Part shown: one piece after another, positions 20,835 to 33,090 of the stretch
Layout: every line of letters begins with the position of its first letter
Numbering within the stretch: position 1 is the stretch's first letter
From: Craspedostauros australis
Lineage: Eukaryota
Length of the DNA stretch: 40,493 nt
Assembly (NCBI GenBank): GCA_030167865.1
Contig: JALAGF010002295.1
Location: 1 to 40,493 of the forward strand
Reading direction: 5' to 3'
The notes under the pieces: model-generated
The model's input: the letters and a program-made list of their open reading frames with translations, nothing else
Database searches by the model: none
What the model was told of the DNA's origin: nothing
Program-made: the position numbers and the translations under genes

Positions 20835-22658
20835 TTACTCCTTCGCTTTGCCGGCGGCGATGTCGGCTTTGTTGATGAAGCCAGTCTTGCTGATATCAAA
20901 CGAGCGGAACAAGGCCTTCAGCTCGTCAATGTCCTCCTTGTCGACCTTCTGCAAAGCGACCAGCATGTGCGAGAGGAATTCGCCTTCGCTCACTTTGCCA
21001 TCATGGTCGGTGTCCATCCGGTGCAAGTCGACCAGCGTCATGGATCGACCCAGGAAACGATCTTCGAAGGCATCCGCCTTGGTCTCGAAGAATATTCCCG
21101 CGATGCGTCCAAGGAACTCTCCCATCACGGCAACCGCCAGCGGTATGTACAGGATGCAAAGGACCCTGGTGAGTTCATTGCCAGGGCTCAGGTCACCGAA
21201 CCCGATGGTGGTTCCGGTGATCGTGCACCAGTAGATGCTGCACGAGGACACGGCACATCAAACGACGGAAGAAATTGGAAAACAAAAAGGAGAAACAAAG
21301 CATGGTGTGGATGCCAAGTGCATTCTTCATGTCAGGGTTGATCTCATCAAGTCCTGGATTGCCTGCATTTACGCGTGCAGCATTTGCTTCCACGCTTGGA
21401 GAGGTCAATTTCATGATTGAGAAATGGCGCCAGTGCACTGTATGGTACACGTATCCTTTGGTTGGGCGACATCGAGCAACGACAGATTGGTTGGGGAGAG
21501 AGCGCACTGCGGCTTACCTTTCGACGAACGACCAAGGCTCGTTGAGGCAGATGGGAATGGCCAGCAAGATCAAGACCAGAATGACTGGAAGCTCGAGCGC
21601 GATGATCGAGCAAACCTTGCCGATTGTCGTCGTCCTCTGCGTGGACTGAAGCTTGTTGCCGCTCGCAGTATTGGTGCTGGGTTTCGTATCAATAATCACT
21701 GTGCCCTCTTCTGTAACTTCTTGCACCGCGTTGAGCACGACCTTCCGCGCATCCGCCATGCGTTCTTCGATCATATTCTCGTGCTGTTCGAAGATGAGCG
21801 TGCCGAAGATGCCAAGGAAGATACCGAGGATGATGATGCCAAGCAATGACAAAAAGACGACGAACAGCATGCTGGCATCGCTCGTTGGTGAAAAGTCGCC
21901 ATACCCTACGACATCCCCATCGTTTGCGGGGGGTGTTTGAGAGTATCGGGTGGATGTCACATATCCGTACGTTTGTTGCAGTGCCGTTCATCCGTTTCCG
22001 ATGCGTTGATTTGTTGTTGGTAGTGTTGTTGTGATGGAGCATATGTACCACACGCATGGATGCGCCAGCATTCGTACGCTCCCATTTGCACGCAGAGAGA
22101 ACGCACGAATGAGCAGTGTGACAGATTGGTGATGCGATGTGAGACAGCCAAATGGAAAAGTGCATATTGATTGGATGTGCCACCACCATCGCCGCCACCA
22201 CCAATTATACTGCACAACACCAGCGTGGGCATCACAATTCCTTGCCTCCACAAGCGATACGTACCAACGGTGGTAAAGATCACGGTCGCAAAGTACATGG
22301 AGTCGATGATCGTCCACTTTTCAAAGACGAAGGAGAAACCGAGGATAGCAACTGCGAAGTACGCGGCGAGGTAGCAGATCGCGCTGCGCCAGGCTCTTGC
22401 CGAGTGGTGATAATCCGTCCATCGGTCCGTCAAGCCCTTCCTCGGTGATGGCGTTTCGATGGAGGAGTAATCCGCATTGGTCTGTCCACCGAGGATGGCC
22501 CGTGCTGGGCTGTAGGCGTTGCTTGCGTCCTCAGTTGCTGACGCTGATGCCGTCGCCGCTGATTGAACGTCCGTGCCGTCTCGACAGCATGAGGACGATG
22601 GCGGAAGCGACCCACCGGCTTTCCGCACAAGATCCACGAAGAAGTTGATGATGAACAT
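20835..22658 (-). CDS. Two-pore-domain K+ channel (TPK/KCO-type) with C-terminal EF-hands; exons 22658-22265, 21905-21518, 21237-20835, about 394 aa
   Basis: Pore 1 DSMYF...FTTVG|YGD, pore 2 S|IYW..ITGTTIGFGD, 4 TM segments, EF-hand loops DTDHDGKVSEGE and DISKTGFINKAD. Both GT-AG introns restore the frame. The start codon is uncertain. Confidence 0.9.
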
Positions 22659-23245
22659 GCCACCACTGCTGCTTCTGCTGCTACTTCTGCTGATACGACT
22701 GATGCTTCTTGATATGTCGATTCTGTACGCCTGCTGAAAGGCGGACGCTTCCTCTGATTCGATGGGTGGCCTCTTTGGTGCTGTTGCGATTGCTGTGTTG
22801 GTCAGAAGTGTGCTGTTTCTCTCTTCTCTCTCGGATCTGGCTTTGTGGGCGAGTCGTTGTGGGGGAAAAGAACCCCTTCGAAGATACGTTTGGGAGTCAA
22901 GGGTAAATGGATTGCGAAGCGTATTTACAAATTTGACATCAACTGGACCGTTAGTGACACGGACACGTCTGCAAGTCTGTCCGGACAGGTATTGTTTGGA
23001 CCGCATCTGTCTACTCACAAAGCAAGACACAAACCTGAAGGCGACGTCTTCGTGAAGCACCGAGCTCTGCCATTCTTCAAACACAGGAGCACGTGGATAT
23101 GGTACGTGTACTAACTGAAGTGTGCGAGTATTGATATGGTCATCATCCTCGCCTAGTAGTAGTACAAATACAGTACCCTTTCTAGAGTCAAGTCGCTAAT
23201 CAATAAATAAAGAAATAAATCAGCACCGGATCGCCTGTCGACGCC

Positions 23246-25133
23246 TTAGCTTCCTCCGATCTGCATCTTTCCGTCCAAGTCGAAGCCTGGAAGGATGGCA
23301 TTGTCGTCCTCATCCGGGTTGGTCCAAGGGGCATTCTCCCCTCTGGCCTCGGCCTCCAGCTCCATCTTCTCCAAATCGAAAATCGACGTCGTCTCGTCTT
23401 CCCACATGCGGTCCTGCTGCTCGCGCAGGCTCATGCCCTGGCCGTAAATTCTCGTGGCGACGACCTCGGCTTCCGACGCAATCTGCTTGATCCGCGATGC
23501 CAAATCGCCACGGTCGTCGTCGTACGACAGGTTTCCGAAATTCAACATGACGGCCTTGCAGGCGTTGATGAAGTCCGGTGGTGGGACGTCTGGCATTGCC
23601 TTGTCTTGCTCCGGCTGCTCTCCGTCGATGGCCTTCATTGCGTTCTCCGGAGTTCCGGCGACCTGGTAAGTTTGGAATGAAGTTGAGTCGAGACATTAAG
23701 ATAGACAGATAGATAGATAGATAGAGAGAGAGAGACAATCATGGATAGATGTATGCCATGTTGACACGCGTCCAACAAAAGAGTTTCACAAATGATGAGA
23801 AATGTACGTCGCCGCATGCACAAACCACAAACAATAAATGACGCACAAACTTCGTAGTACAGTTGGCATGCGGATGATGTGACAGGCAACCCGAAGATAT
23901 TGTCCCGACTCGAATTCGTACACAACACCACCAAGTACTCCACGAGTCGATACTCACCAACAGATTCTCCTTGGGAGTAAAGGCATCCTCGAGGATGGCC
24001 TCGCGCTCTTGCGAATTCTCCGCACGCAGCAGCTTGCGGATGAGACGAATTTCTTTGCTGGAGACCTGCTTGTCCTTTTCCTCCGCGGCGCGTTCGCGCA
24101 ATCGCTTCATGAGATTGGCGGGACCGGCCGCACCGGCATCGCGCGCCTGCGTCTCGTTGGCCTCGAGGAGAAGCAGGACGGATTCGTCAATGTCGCCTTC
24201 GCGCGCCATCTTGACGATGGCACCCTCCATGCGCATGGGGTCACCCAGCGACAGGATCTTCTGCAATGTCTCCGTCGCTGCCGCGATGCGCTTTTGCTGT
24301 TCCTGCGCCAAGGCCTGCAGCAGTGCGACGGCGCCTTCGTCGCCGCCGTTGGCACGCTCGGTGAGGACCTTGGCGAATTGGGCGTCGAATCGGTCGTAGT
24401 TGTTGGCCACGACCTTCTCGGGCGTTTCGCCAGACTTGTAGGGTGGCAGGAACTTGGCGAGCTGGTCTTCGTAGCTCATGCGGATCTCCGGCGTGAGCTC
24501 CTGCTCAAAGAATGTCTTTTTCGGCGCCATGTCCGCCTCGGCCTGATCGTTGGCCGCAGAATCGATGGCAACGGCCTTCTTGAGGATGTCGGCGTTGGAC
24601 AGCTTGCGACCTGCCGCGGCCTCCGCCTCGGCATCGGCCACACGTCCGGCCTCCTGCTGTTCGGCTTCGGCGGCGGCGCGCGCCTCCGCTATTTTGGACA
24701 GCTCCGATGTCCTCTTGACCTCCTTGATCATGTCGTTGAGGTCCTTGAGAGCGTTGCGCTCATCTGGATCGGTGGAATTCTCCACCTTGTTGTCGAGCCA
24801 GGTGAGGAACTCCTCGTTCGTGGCCTCCTCGTAACGGTTGATGATGTCCATGCGCGGGTCGTTGGTGGAAAAGACGAGATCGGCGAGGAACATTTCGAAC
24901 TGGTCATTCATCTTGATGTCGGACTCGTTGGTGGAGCCCATGAGGTTGTAGTCGTCGCCGTTGATTTCATCGAGCAGTCCCTTCAACGCGGTGCCTGCAG
25001 ACGCATGGCCCACGAAAGGCCTCGATGCGGAATTGCTGATCCTGCTGTTGCTGTTGGAGGCGACGAATGCCGGAGAGAATGCCGAGACGCATTCGGTCAA
25101 GAGAATTGCTGACAATGCGGTGGAGAGCTTCAT
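23246..25133 (-). CDS. Plastid-targeted alpha-helical protein with an At4g37920 (CDB1)-like C-terminal half; exons 25133-23958 and 23662-23246, 530 aa
   Basis: Bipartite presequence MKLSTALSAILLTECVSA-FSP. KEIRLIRKLLRAENSQEREAILEDAFTP resembles the recalled At4g37920-family motif. Phase-0 GT-AG intron 23957-23663. The gene model is firm; the family call is tentative. Confidence 0.75.
23699..23735. repeat. Compound (GATA)n(GA)n microsatellite within an intron
   Basis: agatagacagatagatagatagatagagagagagaga. Confidence 0.85.
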
Positions 25134-25964
25134 GGTTTTTAATAATCTGGATGGGTGCTGTTGATGATGGTGATGATGATGCTGATGATGATGTGTGGGT
25201 ATAGTGGAGTATACGAGTACAGAGTTGGAGTATTGGTAGGTATGGGTGAAAGGGATGTTGGTGGAAGGAAGTTGATCTACTAAAGCAACTTGTTTCAATG
25301 AGTTCCGATTGATGACCGACAAGTGCGAGAGTGATTGCGAGTGGAGCAGATCGTCTGACTTTGTGCATGTTGATGGTGGGCAACATCCATCCGTCCATCC
25401 ATCCAGAAACGACACAGCCCAGCTCAACGCAACGCAACAAACTGCTCCCCATCAACCACATCTCCGTTGCAACGAAGAGAACGACGATTCGTTCACACCT
25501 CTCAGTCTTTGGTGGTTTGTCGTTCGTCGATTGTCATTCGTCGCAGGCACAATTCTTGTTGGTGACAACGAAGAACAAGAACGTCACACATCAGAAATGG
25601 GTGGAGGAAAACTGGCCGCAATCGGTTGAGTCAAAAGATACCTTCTGGTGTGCGTCTTTTTGAACCTTCGGAGTGCGGCTGGACGGAACATGTGATGATA
25701 TGAATTGACAAGCACGACTAAGACTTCGAAAAAGGTCTGACACAGAAGCATCCAAAACACCCAGACATCGAATCAAGTCTGCCGCCAAACTCCCACACAA
25801 ACATCCTTCTCTCTCTCTCTCCCTCACTACCTCTGCGCATCTGGACGAGTCGTCATAGTATCGCCAACATTACAAACATAGTCGTAACAAACATCACAAG
25901 CATCAACACCACAGCAACACCACGGCAACACAAAGAGGCAACAGAGAGAAAGTGCCATGTCAAG

Positions 25965-28900
25965 ATGATGCGACGCCAGAACGTTCATGCCTCAGCACGG
26001 CGCAGGCCGCACATCGTGGCGTACCGATTCCCGCCGTTCGTGGCTTGGACGTGCTCGCTCATCGCCGTCGTGCTGGGCCCCTTCCTTTGGTTCCACCTCT
26101 TCGCGTCTTCCGGCGAGACGTACAAGAAGGTGGCGGTGCAGCAGAGCCTGCAGCGGTTCTCCTCGCGGTTGGGCGCGAAGGGCAGCCAGCGAATTGCCAT
26201 CATCATCCCCTTCATCTCGGCGTCCACCGCGGGCATGCCAACGTACCTCGAGCTGTTCTGCACGGCGGCGGCCGGATCGGCGCCGCTGGTGGACTTCCTC
26301 ATCTTCCACAACGGCGCGCTGGACGGACTCGAACCAACGGTGTGTCCCTTCAACGTCAAGCTCATCTCGCTCGAGACGACGGAGAAGTTCGTCGATCTGG
26401 CGCTGCGCGTGCTGGACCGCAAGGAAGACGCGCAGCTCGCCATCGACCGCAACAAGCTCAGTCTCATCCTGACGCGCCACATGCTCAGGTATCCCTACGT
26501 TTTAGTGGAACTCAAGCCTGCGCTGGGACACATCTTTGCGGACTACATCGCAGAGTACACGCACTGGGGGTACTCCGATCTCGACATCATCTTCGGCGAC
26601 CTGCCGCGATGGATCACGCGCGATGAGATCACCGACTTCGACATCGTCACGTACGGGTTCGGCGATCAGCACAGACTCTATCTGCGCGGCCAGTTCACAT
26701 TCCACAAGAACACCGAAGAGATCAACCAGCTGTGGAGAGGCTGCGATTACCTGTCCCACATGGACGAGCGATTCTACCGCGTGCTCAAGGACACCGAGAA
26801 GTTCCGATTCGAATCTGCCGAAGGTTGCTATTCCTCCGTCATCCTGCAGCAAACCAACATCAAGGTCAAGTACGCTGTCAAGGCATTCACGGACGTCAAG
26901 TCGCACGACACAGCCAGCACGCACGGTGTGCACATCGCGCTGGGCACCAATCGAGATCGCACGGTCCTCTACAAGGCCGGATCACCGCAGACGGGTGTCC
27001 AGCTGGCGCGGCTGTCGTCGACGTGGTTCGAGGCACCGCAAAGTCCGTACTCCCTCTTGTCCAAATCGCTGCAATCGGAAATCGGCAGTCGGGAGTCGCT
27101 GGCCCTTGTGGCGACGGACGAGAAGTGCATGTACTGGGCACGCAAGGAGTATCAGCGCTTTTTGTGCAACGATGAGCTCGAAGCGTCCGACACGGTCTTT
27201 TGGATCAACGGGTGAGTTACAATTGAGTATTCTATGTTTGTGCACAAGATGCATGCAGCGAACTCTTGTGTACCACACACAGCTACGGAAGGTGCATGCG
27301 GTCCCAACTTTCTACACCCTCACCTGCTCACACATTTGTGCGCTCATTTCCTCGCCCATTCGAATATTCGACACTCTACGAACAGACAACTGTTCAAGCA
27401 AAAATACGAGACCATGGAATTCCCAAACAACATCGCAAGCGCCCCATTCTTCCACTTTCAGGAATGGAAACGATATTACCGACGATCGCCTCTCGTCGCG
27501 ATGGATCGATCTGGTATTCCAAAACTCTTCGAGATGGGAAAGGACGGCATCATCCCGATCTACGACAATGACTCGCCGAGACGGAAAAAGAGGGCCGTGC
27601 CATCTCCCCTTGGTGTTGCCCCATCACGGTGGAAGTCGGTCAAAAGAAACTATCGCGAACAGCTGCCAACGCACCTGTACTGCCTTCGATCTGGTCCGCG
27701 CGAGTTCCCACCCACCCCGCCAGCCCCGCAGTGCCAGCTCATGATGTCGTGGCGCGACAACGAAAACGTCCAGATCCTGTCGGGAGCGCCGGGCTGGACC
27801 CAGATCGACCCTGCCGTCGATGTCACGATGGCGCTGACCCTGCAGATCAATGCAGAGCAAGCCAACGACGGAAACGCCGTGCGATCCCTCTTGACCCTGA
27901 TTGCGAATTATCTGGACAGCTGGCAGGGACAACCGTCGGTGCTGGTCGTGCACGTCGCCGGTGGGACGGATGAAATCAAAACGACACTGGAAAATCGTCT
28001 TGGGCCAACATCAAACCTCTCCTTCGGCCTGGAATCTTGCCTCGTTGCGTTGATCCTCAGTGAAAATGGACAGACCGTGAGCCGCAAGGCGCTGATGAAC
28101 ATGGCCACAGACGCCTCACCCACACGATGGGTCGTGAGCGGATTCGAGCTGGAGCGGGGCCTTGTGATGTCCAGAGACATGGCTTTCTTCACGCACCGGG
28201 CATCCAGGATTCACATGGAACTGCCCGGCAGCGTCTTCATCCTCCCGCAATTCGGTTTCACGGAGGGCGGCGAAGAGCTGACGCTTTCGTCGGTGTTTGC
28301 TGCCAGAGCCCAGGAGGAGCTCAGATTCCTCACCGAGTTCGATGAAGACGACTGCCAGAGCAAGATTGATCGCAGCCATGCTCACGGTGCAATGTCAGGC
28401 AACGCTCTGTCTCTGTGGTGGGAGCTGAGCAGCAAGTACGTCCATGGACAAGACGACGGGGAGGAAGGAGATGCGTTGACGGAGGAAGCCGTGGCGAAGC
28501 GAGTGAAGGCTCTGGAGGATATGCAAGTGGGGCTTATGGAACTCCTTAGCAATGACAAACACTTCAATCTGTTCGCCATGGACGTGTCACCGATCCTGAT
28601 GGTCGATCACATGGGCCCGCGCGAGGGAATGAAGACATCGTTGCTGGCACGCGAAGTGGAAGAATTCGCCGGCATGCAATGCTACAACGGGCTGCGCCTC
28701 GCCCAGCTCGCAATGTTCGGCTACCACGTCAACGTTCTGCCTGGTGCCTTCGCCGCGTCCACACCGACTACGCGGAAGTTGGCATCAAGAGATGCTTCGA
28801 ATGCGTCCAACGAACTGGGCATCTCGCGGTGTGATGGGTGCTTCCTCTTCGACGAGCAGCACGAAGACATCTTGGAGGGCATCGCGAAGGACGAGCGCCA

Positions 28901-28970
28901 TCGACCGGCCAAGGCCGCTGTTCTTTGGTATCACACAAGGACTGATGAACATCTAGAAGGGCATACGTAA
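25965..28970 (+). CDS. Type II membrane putative glycosyltransferase: DUF6625-like domain plus divergent GT49 (LARGE/B4GAT1)-like domain; exons 25965-27211 and 27386-28970, 943 aa
   Basis: N-terminal TM anchor; LVELKPALGHIFADYIAEYTHWGYSDLDIIFGDL (DxD motif); C-terminal ALMNMA..ASPTRWV, VFILPQF and EEFAG...LAMFGYHVNVLPGAF. GT-AG intron 27212-27385 joins the two frames. Confidence 0.75.
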
Positions 28971-29253
28971 ACATTCTCGTGGAGGAGCAATTGCACACAT
29001 GACAGGCTGCAGCACATCATGGCAGAGTCTCATCCGTCCGTCCATCTTTGGGTTTGCAAAAAATCGCAGACATATCGGCATACTGCTACTGGTGAGGTAC
29101 CCTAATTCGAGTAAGCTGGAAGTGAATTTACGTGCACTATCACCCATCGTTAATACGCACCATCCAAGTCCAAATGGACAAGCCCAAACCGCATGTGCTC
29201 ATATTGGCATAGAGTTCATGCTCGTGTCGTCCTGTGTCATCGCGGCGCACGAA

Positions 29254-31724
29254 TTAGGCGCGTTCAATCTTGGCGCAGGATTCCTCGAGCCACTTCATCG
29301 CGGGACTGCCGACCTCGAGGTGCGGGCTGACCTTGCCAAACACTTCCGCGTGGTACGCATCCAACCAGTCCAGCTCCTGCAGGGTCATGAGATTGACCTT
29401 GATGAGATTCTTCTGAATTGGAATCATGGTGAGCTTGTTGAATTTGAGGAACTTCTTGTCGCCGCTGGTGGCGGATTTGTCTTCCTCCTTCGCCTCCGCA
29501 TCGCTCTCTGCGGCCTCGTTCAAGGCATCATCCACAAATCGAATCTCCAGCAAGTTCTCGATACGAATTCCAAACTTGCCGTCGACGTAATATCCAGGTT
29601 CGTTGCTGATGACCATTCCCTTCTTCAATCCTTCCTGGTTGCCAAATCGAGGACTGATGGACATCGGTCCTTCGTGCACGTTGAGCGCGGCGCCGACGCC
29701 ATGACCCGTACCGTGACCGTAGTCCATTCCTGCTTCCCACAACGCCTTGCGCGCGAAGACATCCAGCACGAATCCTGGACTGTTCTCGGGGAAGATCATG
29801 GAATCGACGCCGATGTTGCCCTTGAGCACGCGTGTGTAGGCATCCTTGAACTCGTCCGTGGCCTCGCCAAAGTGCCACGTGCGCGTGACATCCGTCGTGC
29901 CGTAGGTGTACTGACCGCCGGAATCGATGAGGATGGGAGTCTTGTCGTCGAGGTGCTTCAGAATTTCATTTTCTTCCGCGCGGTAATGGATGATGGCTGC
30001 GTTGGGTCCGACACCGGCGATCGTTGGGAAGCTGCATTCCAGGAACCCTGGCTGCTTGGCACGGTACCCCGTGAGCACCTCATCGATCTCCACCTCGCTG
30101 ATGGTCTGTCCCTGGTTGTTGATCCTTTCGACCATGTCCGCCATGAAATGCGCCATGGCGACGCCGTCCACGATGTGCGCCTGTCGCATGCCCTCCAGCT
30201 CCGCCTTATTCTTGGCCGCCTTCATGGGAGTGACGGCGTTCTGGCTGTCGATCAATTGGGTCTCTGGAATGACGTTGGCCAGCGCGTAGTTGGCCCGCGA
30301 CGTGTCCAGCCACACCTTGTGCGCGGAATCCGACGTGCAGTGTGCGGCGACATCGTCGACAATGTCGTCATAGGGCTTGATCGTCACGCCGGACAGATGC
30401 GTCTGGACATCATCCGATTCCACCTTTCTGGAATCGCAGTACAAGGTGACGTCTTCTAGCGTCACGGTCGCGTAGGCGATGCCGACAGGACACGTGTCGA
30501 CGTCACCTTGCGCGCGCACATTGAGCAAGTACGCGACATCGTCCAACGTGCAAAAGATGGCCATCGTGGACTTGTTGTCCTTCATCTGAGCGCGGATCTT
30601 TTCGAATTTCGTGTCGATGGACCAGCCGGCATATTCCACTGGATGCACGCGGAATGGATTGTACGGCACCTCCGGTCGTTCCTCGCCCCAGATCGGATCG
30701 ATGAGATTGTCAGGCACGGTCTGCACGCCTCCGATGACTTTGCTTTCGTCGTCGAGCTCCTTCTTGGCCGCCTCTTTGAATGCTTCCTCCAGGTCCTTGA
30801 CGAAGGAGGCAGGGTGGACGTACCCATCCAAGCCAACCTGCAGCTTTTCGGACGAGTCTGTGAATCGCTTCGTGGCAAGCTCCGCCAAGAATTTTGGGAT
30901 GGTGGGAGTGCTGGGCTGGCCTGCCTTTTGGAGCTGCCAGCAGCTGGAGTCCAACTGCATGGAGGCCTCGTTCCAGTACCGCGAGTCCGTCCACAGGTAA
31001 GCGGCATCGTGCGTGACGACGGCGGTGCCTGCCGATCCGCCGAATCCGCTCAGGAATCGCCGGCGCATGTAGGCGTCTGGCACGTATTCTGTGGAATGTT
31101 CAGACCAGACAATAGGAGAGCGCATGAGTGTGGGTGTGCGTGAGTAAGGTGTGGAAGAAGGAGCAAAAGGCCGCGTTGCGAATGAAAGACAAGCTGAATT
31201 CTAACAAGCACACTTGATGAATAGCTCGCACGTGATGGAAGATGGAGACAGGCAGAGAAAGGACACCATGAAGTCGCGCAACCTCAATCGCAACCTCAAT
31301 CGCAATGTCAAGCGCAATCGCAATCAGACGTACCGCTCAAGTGGGGATCATCGCTGGGCACCAGGTACACGTCCAAGTTCTGCTCCTTCATCTTGGAACG
31401 CAGCGCGTCCAACTTGGCTTGCGACGTCATTGCCTCCATTTCTGCGATTGCTTCTGTTGTAGTTGCAACATGACGGGATGTTGTTGCTGTTGTTGTTGTT
31501 GTTGCACCATTGTTGCTCTGCTGATGTCTGTGGAAGAGGGATGCGAATCCACCTCCTCCGCGCAAGATCTTAGCCGCCTGACTCGACTGACTCACGAATG
31601 GAACCGCTGTCGAAAATCCTTCCACGGCCACAACGCAGAACTGCTGTGTCGATGAGGGTGGTGCCGACGAAGTCATGGCCAGCAATGCCGTCGCTGCGGC
31701 GCGCCTGCTCATGCGGGATACCAT
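29254..31724 (-). CDS. Xaa-Pro aminopeptidase (aminopeptidase P, M24B, XPNPEP1/APP2-like); exons 31724-31334 and 31088-29254, about 741 aa
   Basis: VPSDDPHLS|EYV, FLSGFGGSAGT, LWTDSRY, DSGGQY..GTTDVTRT, HGTGHGVG..LNVHEGP, SNEPGYY, GIRIEN. A long N-terminal presequence precedes the enzyme. Confidence 0.95.
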
Positions 31725-33090
31725 TGTCGATTTGCTTGTCTTGTCGCTATTGCTGCTTTTGGTGTTTTTGTTTATGTTTATGTTTATGTTGTGTGATGTT
31801 GTGTTGGCGTCGTTCCGCGAGAGAGTCGTACGTATCTTCAGCGCTTTTCTTTGTGATGCGATGTTGTGTGCACTTGAGAAATCGTGGATTGTGTTGACGA
31901 AGCCTCGTGGTGAAACGACGCGTTGATGTGCGAAACCACGCAAATTGGCAGAATTGTGAGAGAAGCACATTTCTCATGAGCGGATGACGTATCAACTCAT
32001 GACTCATCGATGTTGTCGACTCAGTGGACCAAAACTACGTCATGTTGTTCTAGAGAGAGGGAGCAAGGTTCCTTCTCGTTGCGCGCAGTTCATGCAGTCC
32101 TTTCATCGAAGTCGTTCCTCTCTGGAGAGACAGAGAAGATGATTAGGTCATATACCCTACATCTTCTGGAGAGAGCTTCCCACATGCCATTGCTGCGCTG
32201 ATTCTCACGCCAAAGAAAGTGACGGAACCAGGTATGAGATCGCTCCACCTTTCGTAAATGGCTGTCGTTGGCACACTACTCGCATTGTGCATGCATTGCG
32301 GTGGCCCATCCTTCTTCGTTCTTAGAGGCAGTGCATTGCACTCGTAACAGGGTTGCTGAATCATTCGCTTCGTGTCGATGCGTGGTGGTTGGGAAGCAAA
32401 GAAGAAGAAGCAGTTTTCCACATTCCGGTAGACCTTGTTCGGTTCTCTTTCTCTCCCTCTCTCTTCGATTGCTTTGCCCCAGTCCACTCGTAAACCTGCA
32501 GAGACCCGTACGAGCTGCGGATGTGAAGTATTTTATGCTTTCTCCCGACCGCCTGTCTCTACGCGCAGAACAGCTCCATGGATCCGCTCCCTCACATGTT
32601 GTCTCACGCCATGACCTCATGGTGCTGCTGTGCCACTACAACCATTCTTGGGCACCTCTCTGATTTGCACTGCGCGACGACAGAAAAGAAACGATCCGCC
32701 CCACCACCGAGGGCAATCCGAACAGGCGCCTTTTCTGGAACATTCGCAGTTGGTGCCCCCACATTCGGAACAGTTGTGAATACCCCTCTGGACGTTCTTT
32801 TGTTCTCCCACTATACGCCACCAAACTCCATTGCCGGCTCTCGAAACCTAACTTTCAAAGACGAGATGATTCTCTGCACGTTATCACCACCAATGTCCAC
32901 AGACAAGAACAGCAATCAGCAAGTACCCACCACAACAGTCTCATAAAATCAGTACGATCTCACAAACCACAAAGCAAACATAAACACAAACACAAGCACA
33001 CCGCCAACCTTACCACCTAACCCATCTGCAGAAGCACCATAAACACCAAACACCGCCAGCATCCATCACAGTTCATCACCGTTGATCACC

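Noticed and set aside
23150-23166. CTAGTAGTAG motifs (also near 37876 and 39434) as Helitron ends
   Set aside because: No subterminal hairpin or matching 5' end was identified; they look like simple repeats.
24009-25112. 367-aa + strand ORF (similarly 6792..7724, 4508..5407, 10224..11171, 33450..34376)
   Set aside because: Antisense shadows of well-supported genes.
26536-27744. 402-aa alternate-frame ORF
   Set aside because: An Arg/Ser/Thr-rich off-frame product of GC3-biased codons inside the glycosyltransferase gene.
28999-30459. 486-aa + strand ORF
   Set aside because: Antisense shadow of aminopeptidase P. Codon bias and TpA scarcity remove stops on the opposite strand, and it has no motifs.
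31974-32006. TGACGT and TGACTCA bZIP/aureochrome-like sites upstream of aminopeptidase P
   Set aside because: Short motifs are expected by chance and there is no supporting evidence.
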